From the NCBI GenBank assembly GCA_038227875.1, contig JBBRPR010000007.1, positions 64,001 to 128,000 of the forward strand: a DNA stretch of 64,000 nucleotides, read 5' to 3'. How positions within the stretch are numbered: the stretch's first letter is position 1; the number at the start of each line of letters is the position of its first letter. This document shows, one piece after another, positions 50,336 to 60,092 of the stretch. Source of the stretch: Planctomycetota bacterium. GTDB lineage: Bacteria; Planctomycetota; SZUA-567; H5-PLA8. A program made the translations under genes and the position numbers. The notes under the pieces were generated by a model that did not search any database, was not told where the DNA came from, and was given only the letters and a program-made list of their open reading frames with translations.

Positions 50336-50974
50336 GTGGACGCTTGGAAAGACGCCATTTTCTTGTTCGAATCAGCTGCTGTACCCGATGAATTGAAGCT
50401 GATCGACCACATTGCGGCTAATTTTAAAAATTTGCAGGGTGGCGAGGCCACCCTGCTACAATCGTGTCACACTTTGGACGAAGCCGCCGTTGGAATTGAC
50501 AGCTTTAAAGCCAAAACCTGTGGCAGCGCTTACAGTTTGGCGATCATCAACTTGAACCACTTCGGCACGCGCGAAGAGTTCAATTTCCTGATGCAGCCCA
50601 ACCTGCTGGGCGATCCCCGCATAATTTTCCTGGCCTCGCTGAAATCCATGGCCGGCGAATCGTACACCTTCGCCAAAAACAAGGTCAACCGCGAAGCCGA
50701 TACCTCCTACGGCGCCCCGAGCTGCATCGACTGCTACGCCGCCTCCAACCGCGAAGAAGCCGCCCCTCGTTTGGCCTTGCTGGCCAAAGCCTACCTCAAG
50801 GAAGGCGAGAAGCGCATGGAAGCCAAGCGCAGCGGCACCGCCATCCTGCTCGACACCGAAGCCCTGCAACAGCTCCGCGTCTCCACCACAACGTACTATG
50901 GTAACCGCGGCCGCACCTCTGGCGTCTTCCGCAGCGTCGGCACCGGCGAGTCCGGCGTCATTCGAAAACTCTAA
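50336..50974 (+). CDS. Hypothetical protein, possibly a degenerate receiver-like fold
   Basis: GTG start after GAGGA; Ser/Thr/Gly-rich tail. Confidence 0.65.
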   Translation: MDAWKDAIFLFESAAVPDELKLIDHIAANFKNLQGGEATLLQSCHTLDEAAVGIDSFKAKTCGSAYSLAIINLNHFGTREEFNFLMQPNLLGDPRIIFLASLKSMAGESYTFAKNKVNREADTSYGAPSCIDCYAASNREEAAPRLALLAKAYLKEGEKRMEAKRSGTAILLDTEALQQLRVSTTTYYGNRGRTSGVFRSVGTGESGVIRKL

Positions 50975-51037
50975 ACAGCATTGCGAATTTCGAAATGCAG
51001 ATTGCGGATTGGCGAAGAACGCCAATCCGTTTTGTTT
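50974..51037 (+). repeat. 64-bp repeat arm with terminator-like hairpin; inverted partner at 55344-55407
   Basis: GATTGCG heptamers plus CGGATTGGC-N7-GCCAATCCG-TTTT; 55/64 match to its partner. Confidence 0.8.
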
Positions 51038-51076
51038 AAAGGCGTCGCTGCCGGCAATTCCGTGCCCCCAGAAATC

Positions 51077-52168
51077 TTAATCCAGCCGCAAACGCACCGG
51101 CACGCAGACTTGGAGCGCCGGCAAGTCGGGATTGTCGCGGCGTTCGGCCAGGCGTGCGACGGCCACGCGAGCCATCGTGCTGGCGCTCCAGACCACGGCC
51201 GGCGGAGGAGGCGCGCCCTTGAACGCGGGCAGAAAGTCGCGCTCATAATTGTCTTCACGGCACCAGCCGACGACGTGGAAGTCGACGCCCTGCTTCAAGC
51301 CCAGTTCGTCGGCGGCCTTCGCCACGGCCAGCACTTGTCCCAGCCAGAGCGCAATGATGCCGTCGGGGCGATCTTTTCGGGTCAGCAGCTTGCGCGCCGC
51401 CGCCAGTTCCTCACCCACTGCAGCCGCTTGAATCTGATCCCGCGTCAACGGCCGGCCAGCTAGCGCCAGAGTCGCCGACGCGCCGCCGAAGCGCGTCAGT
51501 GTGTGCATGTTCTCGTCGACCTGACCGAGCCACACGATTTTGCGGCAGCCTTTGCCCAGCAGGTATTGCGCGGCCAGTCGTCCGCCCTGATGCCCGTCCT
51601 GCATGATCGAATCAACGCCGGCGAGACCTTCGATCCGTTCATCGAGCATCAGCACGGGCACGCCGGTCCGCTGAATCGCGCGCACGATCGCCTCATCTTT
51701 AACTGAAACTGCGGCGGCAAACGCGCGAGAGAGTCCCAGCCGTTCCACAATTTCTTCGGGGCGGAGCTGCCCGGCCACCATCGCCAGCAGCGGCCAGCCG
51801 CGCGCGTCGGCGGCGTGTTTCAACTGGGAGTGCAGTTCAGCATGGACGTCCATCCAGTTGCCTGTCGAAGACGAGCTGTGGTTGACGAAAACCAACGGAC
51901 ACCCGCGGTCCGGATTGTTGACCTTCGCCAGGACGCGGTATCCTTGCCGCGCCTCGGCGACAACCAGCCGCTCCGCCGCCAGCGCCTTCAACGCGCGCCG
52001 GACCGTATTCTGCGCCACCGCGTACTGCGTCGCCAGTTGCCGTTCAGTGGGAAGAAACTGGCCGGGCGAATACTTCCCCGAATCGATCTCCGCCCGCAGC
52101 GCGTTGAGCACTTCGCTGGAAGAGCGGCCCACCGGCAACTCTGATTTTGCGATCTCAGTGCTTGGCAT
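51077..52168 (-). CDS. GntR HTH plus LacI-type sensor regulator (AraR-like)
   Basis: LPTERQLA..QNTVRRAL..GYRV; periplasmic-binding-like C-terminal domain. Confidence 0.85.
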   Translation of the reverse strand: MPSTEIAKSELPVGRSSSEVLNALRAEIDSGKYSPGQFLPTERQLATQYAVAQNTVRRALKALAAERLVVAEARQGYRVLAKVNNPDRGCPLVFVNHSSSSTGNWMDVHAELHSQLKHAADARGWPLLAMVAGQLRPEEIVERLGLSRAFAAAVSVKDEAIVRAIQRTGVPVLMLDERIEGLAGVDSIMQDGHQGGRLAAQYLLGKGCRKIVWLGQVDENMHTLTRFGGASATLALAGRPLTRDQIQAAAVGEELAAARKLLTRKDRPDGIIALWLGQVLAVAKAADELGLKQGVDFHVVGWCREDNYERDFLPAFKGAPPPPAVVWSASTMARVAVARLAERRDNPDLPALQVCVPVRLRLD

Positions 52169-52190
52169 GGTGACTCCACCCTGTCTCTGG

Positions 52191-55121
52191 TTAGTTCGCG
52201 CCAAAGCACATGACCTGGCCGTCCTGCAACGTCAGAATCAACTTTCCTCCCACCGCGGAGAGTCCATCGATTGCCGGGGCGCTTTCCAGCGGGATGCGCT
52301 GAATCAATTTTCCATCGACCGCGGATAATATCACCAGCGCCGGTTTGGCCTGCGGATCGCGAAATTCGTTCACGCCTGCACAATATACCCGTGTTCCGGC
52401 CAGCAGCACGGCTTTCATCTGCAACGACGTCTCCTTATTCGCCCACTCCACTCCAGCTACCCCCTGCTTCGCGGGCGCACCTTTGCAGGCGACCAGGCCG
52501 CGGCCTTCGTCCGGGTCTTTCTTCCCGCCAGGGACGCGGCCGGTAACGACCGTGCGGGTCGCGTCGAAGCTGATCGTTTCGCCGCTCGCGCGTCCATCGG
52601 ATGGCACGGACTTCATGTAGGTACCCGCCGGATTCATCGTTCCCAGCATATCCAGAATCCCGTTGGGCCCCTGCCACGTCGATCCGAATTTCAGCGTCGA
52701 CTGCCGCGCCGCGGCCGGAGTTGCTTTCGGCGCGGCCGCGACGGCCTTGCCGGTATCGATGCCCCCGCCCCAGCCGATCAGATTAAGTCCGTCGCTTAAC
52801 AACAGGTCAGCGGTCTTCGGCGCACGCACCCAGTTCTGATTGTCGTTGTAGTTTTTCTTGAACTGCACTTCGCCGGTGTTCAGATCGACGCCGTAAAGAT
52901 AAAGGCCGCCGTCCAGCGTGCCGCAGCGTCCCGCCACGAAATACGCACGCTCCTGAAACACCAGCACGCCGCTCTTCACCGGCCACGACGATTCGAACTG
53001 ATCGTAGGCACTCATGTACTTCTGTTCCGGAGCGGCCTGCAGCTGCCAGAGCAACTTGCCCTCCGCCGCAGACAGGCAGTAGACCCACCCCGCGTGATCT
53101 CCGAACAGGCACAGCCCATTGTAATATGTCGGAGCGATGGAAACGCGCCCTTCGGTTGCAAACGACCATTTCTTCGCGCCCGATTGCAGGTCAAGCGCCA
53201 CGACGCGGTGCTGCTCTTCGCCGGCCACGAACACCATGCCGGCCGCGCCTGTCGCCTGCGGCAGCGCGCGATTGCCAAGCTTCGCCGACCACACTTGTTT
53301 CAATTGCGCGGGAAGCTCCGCCGCAGATGAATTGCAGCGGTTGTCCCGTCCGCGGTAAATGGGCCAGTCTTCAGGACCCGCGGCCGCTCCCGTGACCTTC
53401 GCGGCGGAGCCTTTGAACACCTGCGGCGTAAGCTCCAACTTCGGCACTGCGCTCGCTCCCGCCAGGGTGAACACGCCGCGCAGCGCAATGTAACAGTTGC
53501 AGGTATGCAGCCCGAACCAGACCAGCCCGTTCGACGGCACGCGCCCGGCCTGGCACGCCGATCGGACACCGAAAATGTGCGTCGGCTCAAACGTGTGACG
53601 GTCCAGGAAATCCGCGCGGCCGTACATGATGTACTGGTCCTCGCCGCGAATTGTCGAACAACACGCGCCGCCGGTGGCCTCGGGGCGCAGCGTCTTGATT
53701 TCCTTGCCCGTCTGCGCGTTGAGAACCACAAACTCCAGCACATCCTTGTCCTTGTTGTCCTTATCTTTTTCCTTCCGCGTTTTGCCGTACCAGACCTGGT
53801 CGGGAAACGTCGTCACATTCCCCACCCCGTCCTGCGTGTCCGACCAGCGTACGGCGCCAGTGCCCGCATCGAGAGCCACGAGGCGGCTGAACACTTTTTC
53901 GTTCTCTTTGAAATTCATCCAGATGTAGATCGTGTCCCCTGTGCAGCGGCAATCGCGCCCGACTTTGCCCGGCAGATCCAGCTCCTTGGGAGCAACCTTC
54001 CAGAGCGATTTTCCGTCGGCGAGATTCAGCGCTTCCACCGTGGAGCCGGGAATGATCGCGGACTCCTTGTAGATCACCAGAGGCTTGTCCCAGATGTCGA
54101 CATTCCGCGACCACAGCGTCTTGCCGCTGGCCTGATCAATCACCGCCAGCGGCGCGTAGCCGACCGCAATCAACTTGTCGCCGGCCTGGCTGATGAATTT
54201 TCCTTTGACCGAATCCAGCGAGTGGACGACCGCGCCCGTCGCCACGTCTCGCGCGATCAGCGGCCCGCCATACGGACTGCGATGGTAAACGAGCTTGTCA
54301 TCGGCGCAGACAATGTTTCCGTTGTCTTCAATCCGCGTCCGCCACAGCACCACGCCGTTGAAGGCATCGCGCGCCACCGCTTCGTACTGGCTCACGCCCG
54401 GCTTGATCCACTCGATCTCTGTATGAAAACTCCGCCCCGCCGCGAACACCTCCGTGCCGTAGTTGCCGCTGCTGTTGTTCATGTAGGTGCTCCACGGCTG
54501 GCCATAGAGCGGCGTGTTGATCCAGCGCACTTCAGCGACCGGGGAGACCAGTTGATCGCTGCCCGGCAATTTGACGATCTTGATCCACGCGCCTTTTCGA
54601 TTCAGCGCCGTGGCCTTCACGTTCTTGAGCTTCTCCGCCTCCGCCAGCAGCGCCGCCGGCTCCACGCCGGAATCGCTGCCGACGATGCCCACTCCGCCCG
54701 GATGCAGCACGCGCACGACTTCCGCCAGGGGCAGATCTTTGAGCTCACCGCTGCGCCAGCCTTCGGCAACGACTCGATTGACAAGGTTGTCGGCATAGGG
54801 CAGATGCGCCGTCCGCCGCCACACCAACGACGCGCGCTCAGCGTTGCCCGCCTCCTGCAATTCGATCCGCAACCGCTCCGCGCGCTCACGCTCCGCGACA
54901 ACGCCTTGAACGTACTGCGTGCCCCCCGCCGCGAGTTTCGCCAGCGCTTTTGCGTCGGTCGGCGCGAGATATAGCCCCAAGCCCGAAAGCGCCATCGCAT
55001 CGGAGTTGCTCAGAGCCAGCTCCGCGATCTCCTCCGCCGCCGTCTGCGCCACCGCTTGGCCAGCGCCGAGCAGACCCACCGCCAGCAGCACCATCGCGAT
55101 CGTTTTGAATGAAGCCCTCAT
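52191..55121 (-). CDS. Secreted PQQ-binding-like beta-propeller protein
   Basis: ARDAFNGVVLW, repeated A.D..TG...W, DWPIYRG, FESSWPV. Confidence 0.8.
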   Translation of the reverse strand: MRASFKTIAMVLLAVGLLGAGQAVAQTAAEEIAELALSNSDAMALSGLGLYLAPTDAKALAKLAAGGTQYVQGVVAERERAERLRIELQEAGNAERASLVWRRTAHLPYADNLVNRVVAEGWRSGELKDLPLAEVVRVLHPGGVGIVGSDSGVEPAALLAEAEKLKNVKATALNRKGAWIKIVKLPGSDQLVSPVAEVRWINTPLYGQPWSTYMNNSSGNYGTEVFAAGRSFHTEIEWIKPGVSQYEAVARDAFNGVVLWRTRIEDNGNIVCADDKLVYHRSPYGGPLIARDVATGAVVHSLDSVKGKFISQAGDKLIAVGYAPLAVIDQASGKTLWSRNVDIWDKPLVIYKESAIIPGSTVEALNLADGKSLWKVAPKELDLPGKVGRDCRCTGDTIYIWMNFKENEKVFSRLVALDAGTGAVRWSDTQDGVGNVTTFPDQVWYGKTRKEKDKDNKDKDVLEFVVLNAQTGKEIKTLRPEATGGACCSTIRGEDQYIMYGRADFLDRHTFEPTHIFGVRSACQAGRVPSNGLVWFGLHTCNCYIALRGVFTLAGASAVPKLELTPQVFKGSAAKVTGAAAGPEDWPIYRGRDNRCNSSAAELPAQLKQVWSAKLGNRALPQATGAAGMVFVAGEEQHRVVALDLQSGAKKWSFATEGRVSIAPTYYNGLCLFGDHAGWVYCLSAAEGKLLWQLQAAPEQKYMSAYDQFESSWPVKSGVLVFQERAYFVAGRCGTLDGGLYLYGVDLNTGEVQFKKNYNDNQNWVRAPKTADLLLSDGLNLIGWGGGIDTGKAVAAAPKATPAAARQSTLKFGSTWQGPNGILDMLGTMNPAGTYMKSVPSDGRASGETISFDATRTVVTGRVPGGKKDPDEGRGLVACKGAPAKQGVAGVEWANKETSLQMKAVLLAGTRVYCAGVNEFRDPQAKPALVILSAVDGKLIQRIPLESAPAIDGLSAVGGKLILTLQDGQVMCFGAN

Positions 55122-55343
55122 CTCATTCACCCTCGTTTCGCCAGTCCCACCCAAAGCCACTCTCAACTCGTGCTATACTCGTGATTGCGACCATGATTCA
55201 CTCATGAATGAAATACACCCACTCCCGTCGCTTTACACGAAGTATTTCTAAAAATTTTAAGGAGTGAAGTAGCGCGACCGATCACTGCAGAAGCACATCC
55301 AATGATAATGCGCACGCCGCCACCGCGGCTCTCGAATCCATCA

Positions 55344-55407
55344 AAGCAAAACGGATTGGCAACCTTCGCCAATCCGCAATCCGCAATCCGAAATCCGCAA
55401 TGCCGTT
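55344..55407 (-). repeat. 64-bp repeat arm, inverted partner of 50974-51037
   Basis: AATCCGC heptamers plus the same hairpin. Confidence 0.8.
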
Positions 55408-56134
55408 ACTGCAACACCGGCTGGCTCGACAACTGTCCGGGCAGATACTTCACCACGAAAAACGCCACCGGCCCAATCACGGGCACAAACACCAGCGTGC
55501 GCCAGAACAAGCTGCGCGGGCGCGCGCGGTGAACTTCGAATCCCATCCACACCCAGAACGCCAGCCCCGCAACCAATCCCATCACCGCCAGCAGTCCGTC
55601 GACCACCAGCCCCACGCCCTGCTGCAAGCCCAGCTTGTCGAAGAACGGCGAATCGATCAGCACAAACGTTCCGTCCTCCTGCTTATGGACAATGAACGTC
55701 TCCGTGGTGCTGTTTTCCGATCGCGTTTCCGCGCCGCCGCTGGTCGTGGACGGATGACGCAGATCCTCCGTGACCATATGCATGGAGACATCCAGGCTGT
55801 GGCGGTTGTGCGGCATCGACTCGTCGGGCACCACCGCGGTGAATTCCATCTCGACATAGCGGATGGCCTGAAATTCATGTTCGAGGTTTTCGCGGATCTT
55901 CTCGCGCCGCTTGGGATCGCGCGTGCCAAACAGCGTCATCATGTCCGCCGCGTTGGCTTTCTTGAAGCCATCGGACAGTCGCGACAGCAGCGCCTTGATC
56001 GACTGCACATCCTGTTCGGTCAGATCCGACGTCGCCACCGGCGCCGTGGTCCCAGCCTGCACCGCAAATGCCAGAGCGCAGAGCATCACGGTTGTGGCCG
56101 ACAGCATGGCATTGAAGGCGCGCGAAGCGGACAT
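55406..56134 (-). CDS. Exported/membrane protein (NTF2-like domain, C-terminal TMs)
   Basis: Signal peptide and two C-terminal TM segments; start overlaps the MerR stop. Confidence 0.7.
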   Translation of the reverse strand: MSASRAFNAMLSATTVMLCALAFAVQAGTTAPVATSDLTEQDVQSIKALLSRLSDGFKKANAADMMTLFGTRDPKRREKIRENLEHEFQAIRYVEMEFTAVVPDESMPHNRHSLDVSMHMVTEDLRHPSTTSGGAETRSENSTTETFIVHKQEDGTFVLIDSPFFDKLGLQQGVGLVVDGLLAVMGLVAGLAFWVWMGFEVHRARPRSLFWRTLVFVPVIGPVAFFVVKYLPGQLSSQPVLQ

Positions 56135-56457
56135 CAGCGCGCTGCCTTCGGTTTGCTGAAAAACGTGTCGCGAATGTCGCGCAGGGTATAGCCATTGCCC
56201 ACCAGATCGCGGATCAGCTTCACGCGATCGACGGAATCGGGCCCAAACAGGCGTTGCCCGCCTTTGGTGGTGTCGAGCGGTTCGAGTAGTCCGAGTAGCA
56301 CATACTGATGCAGCGACTGACGGGTCAACCCCGTCTGCCGCGCCAGCTCCCCGGCCTTCCACAACCGGGACCGCGCCGCGCTCAACGGAGCCGCGCTGGC
56401 TTGCGCCGCGCTCGTCGCCGTCGTCGATACATCCGTCGTCCTGGACACAGTCACCAT
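56134..56457 (-). CDS. MerR-family HTH protein
   Basis: WKAGELARQTGLTRQSLHQYVLLGLL..GGQRLF..GYTLRDI. Confidence 0.85.
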   Translation of the reverse strand: MVTVSRTTDVSTTATSAAQASAAPLSAARSRLWKAGELARQTGLTRQSLHQYVLLGLLEPLDTTKGGQRLFGPDSVDRVKLIRDLVGNGYTLRDIRDTFFSKPKAAR

Positions 56458-56631
56458 CGCTCCCCAATTCCCACATCTTCTGTTTCGCAGTATACCGCGC
56501 CATGCTGAAGTAAAAAGCAAATACGTATCGCTTGGACTTCAATGAAATGAAGTGGAGAACGTTCTTGGGAATCCCTAAGCTTCCGACAACCGCGACGCCA
56601 GAATAGTTCGCATCGAGGAAATCCCGTCGAC

Positions 56632-57036
56632 ATGAACCTAATTGGGCAATTGAGTTTGATTGCGTTTGTGGTGTGGGTCGTTTTCGTCCCGCGCAGAGGC
56701 TTCGGCGGAGGAAAAAGTCTTTACTGGTACGCCTATTCCCGCCATCAGTGGAGCCTTCTTGAACTCGTTCTCACGATGATTGTTGGCACACTCCCGATCG
56801 GCGTGGTCGCGGTACTTGAACCGGCGTCACGCAGTTTCCTTTTGGACACGGCCGGAATCGCAATCGTGTGTGGGCTCGTTCTCTCATTTATCGGAGCAGC
56901 CTTGGGCCTCACGATCGCCAAAGGTCTCCACATTCAAAGAATCGGTCTCCGCCTTCTGTGTCTGCTGCTCGGATGGATGTCAGTCGTAGCTCTCATCGCA
57001 ATTGCCAAATATGCCCACGAACGAGGCGCGCACTAA
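56632..57036 (+). CDS. Small lower-GC membrane protein
   Basis: Four hydrophobic segments; QWSLLELV motif. Confidence 0.6.
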   Translation: MNLIGQLSLIAFVVWVVFVPRRGFGGGKSLYWYAYSRHQWSLLELVLTMIVGTLPIGVVAVLEPASRSFLLDTAGIAIVCGLVLSFIGAALGLTIAKGLHIQRIGLRLLCLLLGWMSVVALIAIAKYAHERGAH

Positions 57037-57229
57037 GTTAGCGTCCATCTATTCCGCTCATTCGCGTCGAATACGAACGATACTTGCCGGATTATTAGAA
57101 ACACAAAATCACTCATATTATTCCTCCCATCCTCATTCCCGTTGGACTCACTTTCCGCGTGTGCCCCTTTAGACCGCTGTGCGACTGCAAGTGGCAAGTC
57201 CGCTTCCCGTTGACTACGATTCAACCCCT

Positions 57230-58528
57230 ATGCGTCATTTTCCAGTACTCGTATTTTTGCTCGCCGTTCCGCTATCTGCCGCTGAGTCGCACTACCCCCT
57301 CTGGGACAACCACGAATCCGTCGCCGACTACGCCAAACGCGTCAACCTCCCGCCGACGCGGACGCTGGCGCTAGGCGACAACGTCAAGATGGAACTGGTC
57401 CTGATCCCCGCCGGAAAATTCATGATGGGCACGCCGGAACCCACTCCGGTCGATGAAGAAGCATTCCTCAAGAAGATCATTATCGGAAAGGCGTTGCTGG
57501 CCTCCAGCGTTGGAGCGCTGTTGGTCATGCTGATCGCAGTCTCCATTCTCTCCGTTCGCACTCGGCAACGTCCGAAGTTTTCGCTGCTGCGTCTGCTCAT
57601 GATCACCATCGCGGCGGGCGGATGCGTGCTGAGCGGACTGCATTGGCAGCAAGCGGCGAACGACCTACGCGCTGCACAGCTGGAATATTCGGCTGCTGAA
57701 GCGCGATTCCGCGTTGCGAACAACAACGAAAAGCCTGCGCACCCGGTGACGTTTTCGGTGCCCTTCTACATGGGAACGTACGACGTGACGCAAGCGCAGT
57801 ATCAAGCCGTGAACGGGACGAATCCCAGCCAGTTCAACGGAAAGGACAATCCAGTCGAGAATGTTTCATGGGACGACGCGCAGGCATTCTGCGAGAAATT
57901 GACAGAACGGACGAAGCAAACGGTTCGCCTGCCGTCCGAAGTGGAATGGGAGTATTCCTGCCGAGCCGGGACGACGACCGCATACAATTCCGGCGATACT
58001 GAATCCGATCTGGGCCGAGTAGCGTGGTATAACGGCAACAGCAAAAATACAACGCATCCAGTTGGGCAGAAGGAAGCGAACGCCTTTGGCCTGTACGATA
58101 TGCACGGCAACGTATGGCAATGGTGTCAGGACTCCATCTGCGACATGTCCCATGTACGTGGCGGATCGTGGATCAACCTCTCCATATCCTGTCGGTCAGC
58201 TACACGCTCCCTCCGCGACCAAAACTACCGCGGCTACTTCATCGGTTTCCGTGTAGTCGTGCCCGCGATCAGCGAGCCCTGGCCAGCAACTGGTGGTGCG
58301 CGCATTGCCCTGAGCCTGCCGAAGGGTTCCACTCGCAATTCAGTTCAGGGCCAAAGGCCCGCCGCAATACCAGCCTGGGGCAACGCCCCAGGAAAATGTC
58401 CCGTCACTCATTTAGGGCTGAAAGCCCGACCTATTGCCGTTAAAACAGCCGTCATGTTCTCCGCGAACTTTAACGGGTCGATTCGCATCGACAGCGGTGC
58501 GAGTATTTTTAGGAACGTGAATCTATGA
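57230..58528 (+). CDS. FGE-sulfatase (SUMF1/C-type lectin fold) domain protein with internal TM hairpin
   Basis: IPAGKFMMG, EKPAHPV, PVENVSW, RLPSEVEWEY, NAFGLYDMHGNVWQWC, RGGSW, GFRVV. Confidence 0.88.
   Translation: MRHFPVLVFLLAVPLSAAESHYPLWDNHESVADYAKRVNLPPTRTLALGDNVKMELVLIPAGKFMMGTPEPTPVDEEAFLKKIIIGKALLASSVGALLVMLIAVSILSVRTRQRPKFSLLRLLMITIAAGGCVLSGLHWQQAANDLRAAQLEYSAAEARFRVANNNEKPAHPVTFSVPFYMGTYDVTQAQYQAVNGTNPSQFNGKDNPVENVSWDDAQAFCEKLTERTKQTVRLPSEVEWEYSCRAGTTTAYNSGDTESDLGRVAWYNGNSKNTTHPVGQKEANAFGLYDMHGNVWQWCQDSICDMSHVRGGSWINLSISCRSATRSLRDQNYRGYFIGFRVVVPAISEPWPATGGARIALSLPKGSTRNSVQGQRPAAIPAWGNAPGKCPVTHLGLKARPIAVKTAVMFSANFNGSIRIDSGASIFRNVNL
58347..58430. repeat. REP-like multi-hairpin element
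   Basis: GGGCC-AAA-GGCCC, CCTGGGGC-AAC-GCCCCAGG and GGGCT-GAA-AGCCC hairpins. Confidence 0.6.
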
Positions 58529-58707
58529 GACGCCGAATGCTCTTCAGCCTGCTTCTGCTCGCAATCTTTCTATTTTGCTTTCTTCCGATTGGAAGCACGC
58601 ACGATCGTTTTATCTTCAGCTCGTTGGTTCGACTCTATATCGGAGCCATGCTGATCGCGATATTAGTGATAGCGGCTTTCACTAAAAAGAAGCAGGACGG
58701 AAAGTAA
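58525..58707 (+). CDS. Small two-TM protein
   Basis: 60 aa, two hydrophobic segments, basic tail. Confidence 0.45.
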   Translation: MRRRMLFSLLLLAIFLFCFLPIGSTHDRFIFSSLVRLYIGAMLIAILVIAAFTKKKQDGK

Positions 58708-58807
58708 ATTTGCGCACGGAGGAAAGTCCGGCACCAGTTACAGGGACGCAACTGACGGCAAGTTTTGAATGGCTGAGCCGACGGGCCACACGTAGAATCC
58801 ACGCGCT

Positions 58808-59151
58808 ATGACCGAGAACCCCAAGCCACGGTGGTTACAGTTCAATCTTTTGCCGCGAACAGTAAACACACCACTCATCCTGTGGGTCAGAAGGCTCAGA
58901 ATGCTTTTGGCCTATTCGATATGCACGGGAATGTGTGGCAACGGTGTGAGGACAGTTATGACGACGATGAAGACCCTTCCAATTCTCCAGCCATTGCAAG
59001 GCGGCTGGCAAGGCAGAGTATCGCAGATCCGTTGCGCGGCGGTTCATGGGCGCAGGATTCCGCGGGCTGTCGGTCAGCTTATCCACCCAGGGAACATTCC
59101 GAACTGCGCTACAACGCTCTTGGTTTCCGTGTCGCGTACACCGCGCCTTGA
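58808..59151 (+). pseudogene. Internally deleted FGE-sulfatase paralogue
   Basis: MTENPKPRWLQFNL is joined out of frame to NSKHTTHPVGQK..GLFDMHGNV..RGGSW..GFRV. Confidence 0.7.
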
Positions 59152-59590
59152 CCGCTCCCAATCTTCCGTTCTCAGCGCCCTTTGCGCCTCGGCGTCATTG
59201 CGCGAGAAAACAAGAACCCCAGCCCGCACCCACCTCACACCGTGCGCCTCATGCACGTCATGTATTATAAAATCTTTTTTAATAAATTAACACAAAATAC
59301 TTGACTTTTGGGTTTGAGAGTTGCTTAATACTATAGAGAAAAACGCGACACCCGTTTTCATCTGCTCGACCCTGACAGTCCAAGTCCCGCGAGACCGTCA
59401 TTTCCATCACCCCAAAAAACGCGCCCCAGCCGATCCAGTACGCGTCCGCAGCCCTCGACCCGAGCCAATGGCCATTTCCCATGCCCACTCACCCACAGCC
59501 CCCTACAGCGCAAGCGACAGGGCCCACTGCTGTTCCCCTTCCGTTCCAACCCGCCCAAACCTCCGAGAACCTCGCCCACTCGCCAAAAGC

Positions 59591-59649
59591 ACGTCTACTC
59601 TGACCCCTGGCCCCTGGCCCCTGGCCCCTGGCCCCTGACCCTGACCCCT
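59591..59649. repeat. Heptamer tandem repeat (CCCCTGG/CCCCTGA); inverted partner at 63196-63235
   Basis: 35/40 match including the non-periodic flank ACGTCTA. Confidence 0.75.
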
Positions 59650-60092
59650 CGCGGCTTGCCGCGTGCTGCACATCCTGCATTATAAAATCTTTTTAACTAA
59701 TTATCTAGATAGTACTTGACTTTTGCATTCAATCACCGCTTATATAGTATAGGAAATGATGCGATGCTCCGCTTTCGCCGTTACCGACCACTTTTTGCCG
59801 GACCGATCAGGCCCTCGCAATCGAGTCAAATCCCCCAATGCCGTCCTGCACACGTATGACGCCCCCAACCGACCACCGACCACTTTTCGCCGGACTGAGG
59901 CCCCGGCAGGATGCAAACCTCGCTCTCGTTTCGCGCACTTAAAGCGCCTCTAAGAAGCCCGAGCGCACCTAGAGCACCTATGGACCCACCCCCAATGCGT
60001 GTAACATTCTGTCACATTACGTAACATTCACATCGAGCATTCCACACCATGCACGTTGTTGCAAAAATCCCACAACCCGGTAATCTGCTACG

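Noticed and set aside
58030..59151. The two FGE C-terminal copies as a DGR VR/TR pair
   Set aside because: Differences occur at all bases, many are synonymous, and there is a large indel. The second copy is not AAC-rich and no RT gene is present.
56632..59151. Integron cassette array of small co-oriented lower-GC ORFs
   Set aside because: No paired RYYYAAC/GTTRRRY attC structures and no integron integrase were found.
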